Shown here: in pieces, positions 1 through 12,744 of the stretch
How the letters are laid out: each line of letters opens with the position of its first letter
Numbering within the stretch: the first letter of the stretch is position 1
Assembly (NCBI RefSeq): GCF_963921235.1
Contig: NC_086109.1
Coordinates: 26,786,001-26,850,000 of the forward strand
Length of the DNA: 64,000 nucleotides
Reading direction: 5' to 3'
Origin: Mobula hypostoma
Taxonomy: Eukaryota
The notes under the pieces: model-generated
The model's database searches: none
What the model was told of the DNA's origin: nothing
Seen by the model: the letters and a program-made list of their open reading frames with translations, nothing else
Program-made: the position numbers and the translations under genes

Positions 1-66
1 ATGGTAGACATTACCTTTCTATGTAATCACTTTGAAAAATCAATAAAAATTACATTAAAAAAAAAG
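1..66 (+). mobile_element. Possible 3' end (AATAAA + A-tail) of a poly(A) retroelement abutting a Rex1 copy
   Basis: caataaaaattacattaaaaaaaaagaaaa lies immediately before Rex1-like coding sequence. Truncated by the window edge. Confidence 0.35.
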
Positions 67-1740
67 AAAACCTGGTACAATTTGCAGAAGGCTAGTTCAA
101 GAGCTAAGGAACAATTCCAAACAAAGTTGGAGGCAAAATCGGATGCATGTCAGCTCTGGCAGGGTTTGCAGGCCATTAGTTCCTACAAAGCGAAATCCAA
201 CATCATGAACATCTTTTATGCTGTCTTTGAAAGGGAGAATAATACTACAGCTATGCGGATCCCTGCTGCACCTGGTGACCCTGTGATCGCTGTCTCAGAG
301 GCCGATATCAGGCTGTCTTTTCAAGAGGGTGAACCCTTATAAGGCGACAGGCTTGTAATACTTGGTAATGTAATACTTGGTAGGGTTCTGAAAACCTGTG
401 CCAACCAACTGGTGGGGGTGTTCAAAGACATTTTCAATATCTCATTGTAACAGTCGGAAAGTCTCATCTGCTTCAAAAGATCAACAATTATACCAGTACC
501 CAGGAAGAGCAGGTGAGCTGCCTTAATGACTATTGTCCAGTAGCACTCATGTCTTCAGTGATGAAGTGCTTTTAGAGGTTGGTTGTGGCTAGAATTAACT
601 CCTGTCTCAGCAAGGACGTGGACCACTACAATTTGACTATCGCCACAACAGGTCCGCAGTGGACACGATCTCATTGAGTCTTCACGTGGTCTTGGATCAC
701 CTGGACAATATAAATACCTATGTCAGGATGTTGTTTATTGACTACAGCTCAGCAGTTAACACAATCATTCCTACAGTTCTGATTGAAAAGCTCCAGAATC
801 TGGGCCTCTGTACCTCCCTCTGTAACTGACTTCCTAATCAGCAGACCACAATTTGTGCGGATTAGGATCTACATCTCCACCTCACTGACAATCAATATTG
901 GCCTCGGATGTGTGGTTAGCCTACTGCTCTACTCTCTCTACACCCACGACTGCGTGGCTAGGCACAGCTCAAGTGCCATCTGTAAATTTGCTGATGATAC
1001 AACCATTGTTGGCAGAATTTCAGATGGTGACAAGTGACTGGTGTCACAGGAACAACCTTGCACTCAATGTCGGTAAGACCAAAGAGCTGATTGTGGACTT
1101 CAGAAAGGATAAGACAAGGGAAGACATACCAGTCCTCATAGAGGGATCAGAAGTGGAAAGAGTGAGCAGTTTCAAGTTCCTGGGTGTCAGTATCTCTGAG
1201 GACCTAACCTGGGCCCAGCATATCGATGCAGCTACAGAGAAAGCGTGACAGCGGCTCTATTTCATAAGGAGTTTGAGAAGATTTTGTATGTCACCAGAAA
1301 CACTCAAATTTCTACAGATGTAGCTGGAGAGCATTCTATCTGGCTGCATCACAGTCTTGGGGGTGGGGAGGGGGTGTGGTGGGTTGCTGTTGCACAGGAT
1401 CGAAGTAAGCTGTGGAGAGTTGTAAACATAGTTAACTCCATCATGAGCACTAGCCTATGTAGTATCCAGGACACCTTCAAGGAGTGATGCTTCAAAAAGC
1501 TGGTGTCCATCATAAAGGACCCCCATTACCCAAGTCATCCCTACCATCAGGAAGGAGGTACAGAAGTGTGAAGGCACACATTCATTGATTCAAGAGCAGC
1601 TTCTACCCTCTGCCATCCGAATTCTGAATGGACATTGAACCCATGAATGCCACCTCACTAGTTCATTATATCTATTTTTGCAGAACTTATTTAATCTAAC
1701 TGTTTTTTATAGGTACGTATTTGCTGTAATTCTGTTTTTT
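67..1740 (+). mobile_element. Rex1/Babar-type LINE, decayed RT
   Basis: Frameshifted peptides include LKTCANQL..VFKDIFN, LLYSLYTHDCVARHSSSAICKFADDTTIVG and NNLALNVGKTKELIVDFRK..VERVSSFKFLGV. A short inverted fragment of the same family follows at ~1741-1843. Confidence 0.85.
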
Positions 1741-2206
1741 GCTTTACCAGACCATGATGCAATTAGACAGGATCCTTTCAACAGTATATCTGTTGAAGCT
1801 TGTTAGGGTGTTCGGTGATAAGCTGAACCTCTTTAACTTCCTAGCTTTACAGGTCCATTATCTTTGTTAGCTCCTCCAACCACACAGCCCTTTGAGATTC
1901 TGACACCCAGTATATCTCCCTAACTGTGGAATTTTTCTCTTTCTTAAAACCTACCACTTTGACTAGAATTTTAACCACTATATCCTCGTGTGTCTCCATA
2001 TCAAAATCTGTTTGTATCACTCTTTGGGATGCTATACTACAATGTAGATCCTATATAACTGCAAGTTATATTGTTTATATATATGTGTGTAAATTGAATC
2101 CTTACTGACATTTTCTTACATCAAAAACCTGTAAATCTAGAAGAGTTTTCTGTTCTTCTGCTTTGTTGCCAACATTTGGAATAAAAGAGAATTATTTCTT
2201 TTGCAG

Positions 2207-2322
2207 GTTTGCCACTAAGGAGAAAAATGCCTTGCTGCTGTACAATGGGCGTTTCAATGAGAAACATGATTTTATTGCCTTGGAGATTATTAATGAACAG
2301 GTTCAGTTAACATTTTCTGCTG
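2207..2322 (+). CDS. CELSR2: CELSR (probably CELSR2) internal exon, laminin G-like domain, 116 nt
   Basis: Acceptor ttctttttgcag, donor g|gtaagt. Encodes FATKEKNALLLYNGRFNEKHDFIALEIINEQVQLTFSAG, the recognisable CELSR LamG sequence. Phase 2 in, phase 1 out, which fits the next exon. Confidence 0.93.
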
Positions 2323-2779
2323 GTAAGTTATTGTTTAGTGCCTCTGTGGACTCCGGCTGCTGAATTTATGGTTTTATTGAGACTTCTTAATTAAGGTTTT
2401 TGAAGAACTTTCCATCTAGCAGAAGTCATAGTTGTACAGAATGTAGGCAGGCCATTTGACCTACTATATTCACGCTGAATAGTGGGCACCCATCAGTATT
2501 AATCCCATCTTTCAGCAATTGACCCATTGCCTAGGTGAGTTCAGTATCCATCTGAACTCTACCTAAGTGCTGCCATTTCACTGCTTCCACCACTCTCTCT
2601 CTCTTGCTGGCACTGCATTCTAGGTAGGCACCACTCGTCAGTGAGGAAAATCCCCCTCAGATACCCTGTGTGTGTGTTAAACCCAATGGAAACTTTGAGT
2701 TTTCTGCTAAAAGTATATGAAACAAACTACAAATCAGGGCTGGTATCTGAAAGTTAACAAATACGACCCTTTGTTTTTA

Positions 2780-2930
2780 AGTTCAAAGTTCAAAGTAATT
2801 TTATTATTAAAGTACATATATGTCATCATTTACAATCCTGCGATTCATTCTGCTGTAGGCATACTCAAAAATCCTATACAATAATAAGTATAACAGAATC
2901 AATGAAAGGCCACCCAGCTTGGATATTCAA
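2780..2930 (-). mobile_element. Rex1-like LINE 3' tail fragment
   Basis: The aagttcaaagttcaaagtaa..tattattaaagtacatatatgtca motif is shared with the ends of the minus-strand Rex copies at ~33320 and ~36325. Confidence 0.6.
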
Positions 2931-3723
2931 CCAAACTGCTTGGCATTAGCTTTGACCCAAACATCCTCAATGCCTTCTGCCTATTTAATGCAAAATAGTT
3001 TGCTCCAGGTTTTTGCCATCTTTCTTTGCAAAATAATACTTCATCAAAGTTGCCTTCCTTGGTGGTGTGGTGTGGAGTGGAGGGGCCCAATGTAAATTTT
3101 TTGTTGACACAACAAAAGTGAAAAAGAAGATCCAACCATTTCCTTCTGTATAAAAGTTGACTAAACGGAATAAAGCTCCTCCTGTAGCAATGTGCTCAGT
3201 TTGATACCCGTTAAGAATCACTTGGCACACCAGTGGTTTGTTATAAATATTTAAATTGCATATTAGCTGGCATCCACTTAGAGAATCGCTGTTGGCTGTA
3301 ATTGATGCTGGTTTCTATCTCTGCCGAGTCTTTCCTTTTATACTCTTGGGGAGACATGACATGACAGTGAGAGACAGAGCATTTGCAGAGCTTGTACCCT
3401 GCAGACATGTATATATGGTTAATCTAGCAATACATATTTTGTGAATCTCCTGCTGATACAAATGGTGCAAAATCCCAGTTTTAAATCTGACTGCAAGCAC
3501 CTTTGCTGTCAGAGAAAGATGTCACTAGGTCAAAAGCAGTAAAAATGAATTTTGCCAAATGAATTGCCTGTTACACACTTTTAAAAAAAAATGATGATGC
3601 CAAAGTTCCTTCACAAAGATATTTGTACCTATGTTCTTCCTTCCTTAAATTAACTTTAGTTTTCAAGGAAGCAATTTAGTGAAAGTGATTGAGCAACTAA
3701 ATGAGGTGCAGTCCTATTGCGTT

Positions 3724-4150
3724 AGACCATAAGATATAGGAGCACAATTAGGCCATTTGGCCCATCGAGTACGTTCTGCCATTTCATAATTTCTCGTCCA
3801 ATTTTCCTCTCAGCCCCAATATCCTGCCTTCTCCCCGTATCTCTTCAAGCCCTGAACAATCAAAGAATCTATCAACCTCTGCCTAAAATATGCATAAAGG
3901 CTTGGCCTCCACAGCTGCCTGTGGCAAAGAATTTCAGATTCACCGCCCTCTGGCTAAAGAAATTCCTTTTCATCTCTGTTCTAAGAGGACGCTCCCTTAT
4001 TCTGAGGCTGTGTCCTCTGGTCTTAGACTCTTCCACCATAGGAAACATCCACTCCACAGGTTTCAATGAGGTCACCCCTCATTCTTCTGAATTCTAGTGC
4101 ATGCAGGCCCAAAGCAATTAGATACTCTTCATATGGCAAGCTATTCAATT
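3724..4150 (-). mobile_element. CR1 LINE 3' fragment
   Basis: ORF 3872-4075 (SKTRGHSLRIRERPLRTEMKRNFFSQRAVNL) is the CR1 ORF2 C-terminus. Confidence 0.85.
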
Positions 4151-4536
4151 CTGTGATAGACTGTACAATAGCAAGTTTAAATCTATGGAGAGATAAATAT
4201 GCTTGAAAACATGCACCGACAGGCTCAAGGACAACTTTACCTGCATTTCATTTTCTGTGTAACTGTAACATGATATCCTGGATTCTGTTATTGCTTTTGC
4301 CTTGTACTACCTTGATGTACTCGAGCTCTGAAATGATCTTCTATACGTAAGGCATGCAAAACGGGGTTTCTCACTGTATCTCATACATATGACAGTAATA
4401 AATAATTTGCCAACTTTCGAGAGGGAAATTATTCCTGATGCATTCTGTTGCTTCCAGATTACTATTGATAATGTCTTAGTGTATCAGTGTTCAAGGCAAT
4501 AATGTCAAATTCCTGTTAGCTACACTATTGTAGCTA

Positions 4537-5340
4537 AAGTCGATTCTGGTTAATTGGGCCATCAGTTAATCAGGCTGCCACTTATTTGGAACAACTCTTA
4601 AAGAACAAAAACAAATCAAGAAAATAGCCAGGATTCCCCGAGTTTATTTGGGACATTCTGCCACCTAATTGGGGCAGGAGACTGTTGCTGAACGTCGCGT
4701 GGCCATTAGACACCCTGCCATGCTTAGCATGAACAGTTTTTAACTAGCGTGTTTGTGTTCAAAAAGGAGTGATTTTTGTCACTGATAGTTGGCAAGTATT
4801 AAACAGTAAGAAAATTCCGAATTGTTTTGCTCATTGTCATTCCAAATATTCAGCCTTGGCGATGCCAGAAACTGCTAGGAGTGAAAATGAAATTATTTCA
4901 CTACTTCAACAAGTCAGGAACTATGAAAAATTTGAAGGTATCAACAATTATCTTGAATGCTATGATGAAAGTGAGGATTTGAAGGATGCAATCATTGAAA
5001 GCACTCTTTGGAGGCAGCCCACTATCTGCACTTGGTGTTTGAACTGATTTTGTTCATTTGTAGTAAATCAAAAGAGCATGTCAGTATTCACTGAATGAAT
5101 TTATTCGTTGACAACTATTAGGAACTAAACCACAGTTTTATACTACTGTAGTAGTTTTGGTAGTGTGCTGATTTATTCTGTATTTCATTTAAATACATAG
5201 CTAGTTACTCAGTTAAATGGTAGTTTGTCTTTTTTATCCTTTTTTAACTGTTTTCATGAACCTTTGGCTAATTGGGGAGGCTGCTTAATTAGACCAAAAT
5301 GTACAGATTCTGATGTGTCCAAATTAACCAAAGTCCACTG
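4537..5340 (+). mobile_element. Non-autonomous Tigger/pogo-like (Tc1/mariner) DNA transposon, copy 1
   Basis: Imperfect TIRs (aagtcgattctggttaattgg ... ccaaattaaccaaagtccactg), preceded by TA. Reverse-complement similarity to 44853-45676. Confidence 0.7.
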
Positions 5341-5808
5341 TTTTCACTTATTTACATTGTTCACATTGATTTTTAGGTGCTTGTCTGCTGATTTTACAAA
5401 TAGCATATTCTGGTCTAATTAGTTAGACACTGTCCACTGTTCAACCATATCACCATTCCAAGATTTACTTGTTGCTGTACATTAAGGACCTCCTTGGTAG
5501 CTTTATGCACTATATGGTGTTCTTTTAGAGTTATTATAGAAGGGTAATGCCTATAAGTGTGGTAGAATTTCATGCTAGATTGCATTCCTGGTGGAAGAAT
5601 AGTTTACACTATAATCAGCAGTATGGTCATTGGTGGATGCTGATTCAAAGTTGGATTATGTTGAGCTGTGACAAACTTGCCAAGTAAATAACTGACCAAC
5701 TGTCCCATCTCTGGACAGACAAAGGGAAAGGAGAGCGAGTATCAGGAGAATATGTGTATCAATCCCTTTGCTAGAAATGCTAATTGTAGCTGCTTTCCTT
5801 CCAAACAG

Positions 5809-5897
5809 GCGAGTCAACTACACTGGTAACTCCCTACATCCCTGGAGGTGTGAGTGATGGAATGTGGCACACGGTCCAGCTGCAGTACTACAATAAG
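5809..5897 (+). CDS. CELSR2: CELSR2 internal exon, LamG, 89 nt (not in ORF track)
   Basis: Acceptor ttccttccaaacag, donor aag|gttagg. Encodes (G)ESTTLVTPYIPGGVSDGMWHTVQLQYYNK, in frame with both flanking exons. Confidence 0.93.
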
Positions 5898-7951
5898 GTT
5901 AGGAAACAATCGTTCGGTTTCATCATGTAATGCTTGTGAAGACTGGACATCTTTGTATTCTCTTCTTTGTTGGTTCAGAATAGAGGCAAGCACTCTGCTT
6001 GGCTGACGAACTCAGTTACCCCAGCCCTCATAATAATTAAATGTGCGAGAATATTCGTGTGTGATTGATATATATATATATATCTTTGCTTATTGCTCCT
6101 CTCCATAAGTGGTCAGATTTATATTCCAGTTTCGATCCAAATTTCCATTTGATTTATTTGACAGATTTTCAAGAAGCACATTTAATTTTACATTCTTCTA
6201 ACTCCCTGTACTTGATATGCATTGACTCTTTATAGTATAAACTTTACACTAAACGGGTTATATGGTTAACTTCAGAGCTACTTCTATACTTCCTTTAGTG
6301 AGTTGCTGAAGATATCGGCTCCTGATCTATTGGGGCCTCATATGCATTAGTCCTGACAGGCCCTTTCCACAGAGGCAAAGACCTCAGCCAGGAAGACCCA
6401 ATTCAACAAAAGAAACAATAGCCAAGCTTGTCAATGTACTAATCTTATAACATAGAGTAGCTGGATTGGGTACACGGAGCCTGCTGTGATGTGGCGATAG
6501 TGTAGAAACATGGAATTGAGTTGAAGGGTCAGCCACACTTTTGATGAAATGGCAGAGCAGACTCAAATGACCCATCTCTGCTCTTATTTCTTCCTGTGTT
6601 TTACTGTTCTTGAATCTCTGTGTTTGGTATTTGGTTCACTTCAATAATTCTGTTGCAAATTTGCCCGAGATTATTTTTATATTGATTCATTTTTTAATGA
6701 AGATATTTGGTCAGGTATTTAGGTTTTCAGCTGTTTTTATTTACTCTGTTGATTAATAGAATTCTATTTTTAATATTCACTTTCCACTTCCCATGATGTT
6801 TGGTGTAGTGGGATCTTTCCCTGCAATCTCTTGCACTGGGCACTGTTCAGCTCAGGCGCCCAGGGAGCCCTCAGTTAATGGAGAAGGGTCCATTGCACTG
6901 TGTTTTTCTCCTGTATTCTTGAACAGTTCCTTGTGCTATGTTCAGCCTGTGTTTCATTAGTGTTTTGCCTATTATTTGTAATATATCAAATAATTCATAA
7001 TGTTAGTGTCCCTATTTATCTCTTTTTATAAAAATTGTCCTTCCTGTCATGTGTAATAGGAGGAGGAAATTCATGCATTGTGGATAATGGTTATTCAATT
7101 GGGCTTGCTGTGTGTAATTTATTATGTAATTGTTATTTAATTTCCTTGCATTACATCACCAGCTAATTTTGCCAGATGCACAGGACAGGGACCATCACTC
7201 AATTTCTTGTCTCGTGATAATTACCCTTTTAAAATGACCATCAGTTGCAGTTTAAGATGATTCAAATGTTACTCTAGATTGCCATATGCAGTTAATTCTG
7301 CAAGTCGTAATCAGGGTATGAATGTTCATTCTACGAAGTTCCTTGCTTTTGGAAGGGTCGATTCTTTATTACAAATGGGAACTGAGATGTGAATATTTGG
7401 CTGTGTAAGTTGATTGCTATGAACTACAATAGGTATGAAGTTTTCTTCTCTTCACTGAAACATAAGGACTAAATCTAAGGGAAAGGGACGTTGGCTTACG
7501 AATATTTCCAAACAAGGAGCACAGCAACTGGTGTGTAAAATGTAGCTGGCCTTATTGTTCATTATGAGTTTTGTATCTGAGGGGCATTTTGTTAATTTCC
7601 TTAAGGAAATGGTGCCGCTGGACCACCTGATAATTATATGTACAACAAGAATGAGGAGAACCAGCGGACAGATAACAACTGTCAGCTGGGGGTTTCATTT
7701 AGGGCTTGTGTGAGCAGTGTGATTAAGCAAAGGGAGTCCAATTTAAAAAAAAAGATTCTTCATCACTGATGATAGATTTTGCTAATCAATTAGGCTCTGA
7801 AACGTTCTGAAGTAACCAGAAAGTGAGGAAGGGAGGCCTTACAAAGTTGAAATTAAGAACAAATTTCAGCCTACTTGTGCACATGGAGGGTGTGTGCTGA
7901 TGATTTACATGAAGACTCAAATTAAAAAATAAACATTAGTGTACTTGCATG

Positions 7952-8436
7952 TATAGTCAGTGGGCACTTTATTAGGTACACGTTTACACCAGCTCATTAA
8001 TGCAAATAATCAGCCAATCATGTGGCAGCAACTCAATGCATAAAAGCATGCAGACATGGTCAAGAGGTTCAGTCTAAACATCAGAATGGGGAAGAAACGT
8101 GATCTAAGTGACCACCAGTTGTTGGTGCCAGATCAATGGTTTGAGTATCTCAGAAACTGCTGATCTCCTGGGATTTTCACACACAGCAGTCTCTAGAGAG
8201 ACTGGTGCAAAAAACATTCAGTGAGCAGCAGTTCTGTGGGCAAAGACTCCTTGTTAAGTCAGAGGAGAGTGGCCAGACTGGTTCAAGCCGACAGGAAGGT
8301 GACAGTAACTCAAATAACAGTAGTGTGCAGAAAAGCATTTCCAAACACACAGCACGTTGAATCTTGAAGTGGGTGGACTATAGCAGCAAAAGACCATGAG
8401 CATACACTCAGTGGCCACTTTATTAGGTACAGGTGT
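7952..8436 (+). mobile_element. Tc1-like transposon relic (N-terminal HTH of transposase)
   Basis: Terminal motif cagtgg(g/c)cactttattaggtaca at both ends. Internal peptides MGKKRDLSD, GLSISETADLLGFSHTAVSR and ARLVQADRKVTVTQIT. Confidence 0.75.
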
Positions 8437-9106
8437 TCGACATGCATATATGAGCATGTTCCGATGCAAATGTGTGATTGAATATTCAGTTTAATTTGGT
8501 CCTGTTTACTAATTCCATGATCAATTCCTTTAACACTTTTTTTCCCAAAATTGCAGTAGTCTTCATTCCTTAGATTAATGGTATTTAGAGTTGACTTTCC
8601 AATTACAGCAAAGCTCCAGTTTCAAAGGAGCATGGGGAACAGAACCTGGTGAGCTTCCAGGGATTGTGGGATCCAGAGCCCCTTTATGTGAACCAGGGCC
8701 CTAGTATGTTAAAGAGAGAATAGGAATCAGCACTCTGTAAGACTGATGCCAATCATTAGAATTTCCAAATAGTCATATGTTGGATTATCAGATTTGTACT
8801 GTAATGTACCTGTCATGGTGTACAGAGGAAATCTGGGCGAGAAGAACCAGGCTGGTTGTATTTGGAGTACATAATCCCCTACAGCTTTTGTTTTTTTATG
8901 TATCTGTGACCTGTGGATTACTTTACCCTTCGTCCTGCAGAAAAGGAAACCCACACTTTGATTCACTCTGACTGAATACTGGAGAATAAAGAATAATTTT
9001 TTATAACTAGGAACAGTTTATAACCTGGCTTAGAAATTGTAGCACATAACATGCCTGTTACATGTGCTGAGCTATTTATTGTTATTGTCAACCTAGTTGC
9101 TAAATA

Positions 9107-11347
9107 TCATTGTTAATTCAGAAACAAAGGTTCTGAACTTAAAGAAGGGTAACTTTGAAGGTATGAGACGTGAATTAGCTAAGGTAAACTGGCAAATGAT
9201 ACTTAAAGGGTTGACGGTGGATATGCAATGGCAAGCATTTAAAGATCGCATGGATGAACTACAACAATTGTTCATCCCATTTTGGCAAAAGAATAAACCA
9301 GGGAAGGTAGTGCACCCGTGATTGACAAGGGACATTAGGGATAGTATCAATTCCAAAGAAGAAACATACAAATTAGCCAGAAAAAGCGGCACACCTGAGG
9401 ACTGGGAGAAAATCAGAGTCCAGCAGAGGAGGACAAAGGGCTTAATTAGGAAAGGGAAAAAAGATTATGAGAGAAAGCTGGCAGGGAACATAAAGACTGA
9501 TTGTAAAAGCTTTTATAGATATATGAAAAAAAAAAGATTGGTTAAGACAAATGTAGGTCCCTTACAGTCAGAAACAGGTGAATTGATCATGGGAAACAAG
9601 GACATGGCAGACCAATTAAATAACTACTTTGGTTCTGTCTTCACTAAGGAGGACATAAATAATCTTCCGGAAATAGTAGGGGACCGAGGATCAAGTGAGA
9701 TGGAGGAACTGAGGGAAAGATATGTTAGTAGGGAAGTGGTGTTAGGTAAATTGAAGAGATTAAAGGCAGATAAATCCCCAGGGCCAGATGGTCTGCATCC
9801 CAGAGTGCTTAAGGAAGTAGCCCAAGAAATAGTGGATGCATTAGTGATAATTTTTCAAAACTCTTTAGATTCTGGATTAGTTCCTGAGGATTGGAGGCTG
9901 GCTAATGTAACCCCACTTTTTAAAAAAGGAGGGAGAGAGAAACTGGGGAATTTATAGACCGGTTAGCCTGACATCGGTGGTGGGGAAAATGCTAGAGTCA
10001 GAGTTGTCAAAGATGTGATAACAGCACATTTGGAATGCGGTGAAATCATCGGACAAAGTCAGCATGGATTTGTGAAAGGAAAATCATGTCTGACGAATCT
10101 CATAGAATTTTTTGAGGATGTAACTAGTAGAGTGGATAGGGGAGAACCAGTGGATATGGTATATTTGGATTTGCAAAAGGCTTTTGACAAGGTCCCACAC
10201 AGGAGATTAGTGTGCAAACTTAAAGCACATGGTATTGGGGGTATGGTATTGATGTGGATAGGGAATTGGTTGGCAGACAGGAAGCAAAGAGTGGAAATAA
10301 ATGGGACTTTTTCAGAATGGCAGGCAGTGACTAGTGGGGTACCGCAAGGCTCAGTGCTGGGACCCCAGTTGTTTACAATATATATTAATGACTTAGACGA
10401 CGGAATTAAGTGCAGCATCTCCAAGTTTGCGGATGACACAAAGCTGGGCGGCAGTGTTAGCTGTGAGGAGGATGCAGGGTGACTTGGATTGGTTAGGTGA
10501 GTGGGGAAATTCATGGCAGATGCAATTTAATGTGGATAAATGTGAGGTTATCCACTTTGGTGACAAGAACGGGAAAACAGATTATTATCTGAATGGTGGC
10601 CGATTAGGAAACGGGGAGGTGCAACAAGACCTGGGTGTCATTGTACTCCAGTCATTGAAAGTGGGCATGCGGGTACAGCAGGCGGTGAAAAAGGCGAATG
10701 GTATGCTGGCATTCATAGCAAGAGGCTTTGAGTACAGGAGCAAGGAGGTACTACTGCAGTTGTACAAGGCCTTGTTGAGACCACACTTGGAGTATTGTGT
10801 GCAGTTTTGGTCCACTAATCTGAGGAAAGACATTCTTGCCATAGGGAGAGTACAAAGAAGGTTCTCCAGATTGATCCCTGTGATGGCAGGACTTTCATAT
10901 GATGAAAGATTGGATCGACTAGGCTTATACTCGCTGGAATTTAGAAGATTGAGGGGGGATCTTATTGAAATGTATAAAATTCTAAAGAGATTGGACAGGG
11001 TAGATGCCGGGAGATTGTTCCCGATGTTGGAGAAGTCCAGAACGAGGGGTCACAGTTTAAGGATAAAGGGGAAGCCTTTTAGGACCGAGATGAGGAAAAA
11101 CTTCTTCACACAGAGAGTGGTGAATCTGTGGAATTCTCTGCCACAGGAAATAGTTGAGGCCAGTTCATTGGCTATATCTAAGAGGGAGTTAGATATGGCC
11201 CTTGTGGCTAAAGGGATCAGGAGGTGTAGAGAGAAGGCAGGTACAGGGTTCTGAGTTGGATGATCAGCCATGATCATACTGAATGATGGTGCATGCTCGA
11301 AGGGCCGAATGGCCTATTCCTGCACCTATTTTCTATGTTTCTATCTA
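9107..11347 (+). mobile_element. CR1 LINE, 5'-truncated ORF2 (RT), few lesions
   Basis: Peptides [60 protein letters not shown] and RPHLEYCVQFW. 3' tail ttctatgtttctat. Stop at 9319-9321 and frameshifts near 9945 and 10470. Confidence 0.95.
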
Positions 11348-12744
11348 TATACACAAGGTTCACTTTCAGAAATTCTGGTGTGCCATTTGTTATGGAACAC
11401 AATTGATGAAATCATTTGCACAGCAGGTAATACTGTTTCAGTGTTCTACACTGAATATAAAATCACCTAATGATTTGTAACATGACCTCAACAGCAGCCC
11501 TGGTCAGCACCACCAGTTCCCTCCCAACTTAAGAGGTCCAAGGTGAGTGAGACGATGGCCAGGAGAATAGTATGGGAAAGGCTCCACCACTTACTTCTGT
11601 GGTTGTTCATTTTACCTCTTGGGTTTATAGGCAACCCATACACTCCACACCTGCCGCAGGTGCTCGCCTCTGATGGCCAATTTTCCATTGGTCACTGGAG
11701 ACTCATATAATTCCCCCATGTTGAAGGGAAAATATACTCCAAAACTCTCCCCACATGGGAACTACCACTTTCAAGTTATCACAGTAGTGTGCAAATTTAA
11801 GCCGACCACACCATCTGTGCACAGAAGGAGCAGAGTTGTCAAATCAAACTTCTTACACTTTGAAGAAATCCCTGGATACTATTTATTGATAGAATACTGC
11901 TTAGCTCCTCAGACGTTGATCAACAATGCATTGGTACATTTTACATCACTACACCTGATATTGAAAGCCTATCTAAGCAAAAACTTCCAGACTTTGAGCA
12001 TCCTAATGCTTGGAATATGATTTCTGGGAGACAGCACATCAGAAATTGGACCCAAAGCAAGCCAACATATTCATTTGAAATGACTGTGAGCTGCAGTGAA
12101 ACATGATCTGTGGTGATGTCTTGTTTGTGATCAATGAAGAAATGTGTGGAAACAACTCGACTTGCAGAAGCTGAAGTTAGATAAATACAAATATCTGACA
12201 GTGTTTGAAATGTCATTTGCCAGCTGTGAATCCTGTGCTGGCACAGCTGATATTGTTCTTCAGTTAGAGTATGCTTGTTAATAGGGCTGCCCCAAATTCC
12301 ATGGTTAAGCCTGCTCGAACGACAAATACTTCTTCATTCATCTTGGACTGGGAATATCTATTGTTTTATGAGTACACATGGATGTTGTTCTGAAATAATT
12401 TGCAATATTCCATAATCATAACATTCACATCTGCCTTAGTTGAATCGATGTTCCCTCCCTCCCCTCCCCTCCCCCTCCGCTTAGTTGAGTGAGTGTGCTA
12501 CATAATATTCTCAGTAATTCTCTTCATTCACTGATCATCATAAATGTAAATCTCTTACCTAGGATGTGTTTATTCCTGCACTTTTTTGCCCGTAACATTG
12601 CATTTTTTTGCACTGTTGACTGCCTCCCAAATAAGGAATTGCTCTGTTTCATGGTGCTTGTGTTGTAGACTGTTGTTGCCTATCTTGGACCTACTGGATA
12701 TAGAGGCTCTGTTTTCCGCTGCTAAATCTCACGGATGTTTTTGG

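Noticed and set aside
10059..10842. Antisense ORFs over CR1 copies (also 39721-40809, 41588-42063, 58416-58744)
   Set aside because: Shadow frames opposite LINE coding sequence, with no independent gene signals.
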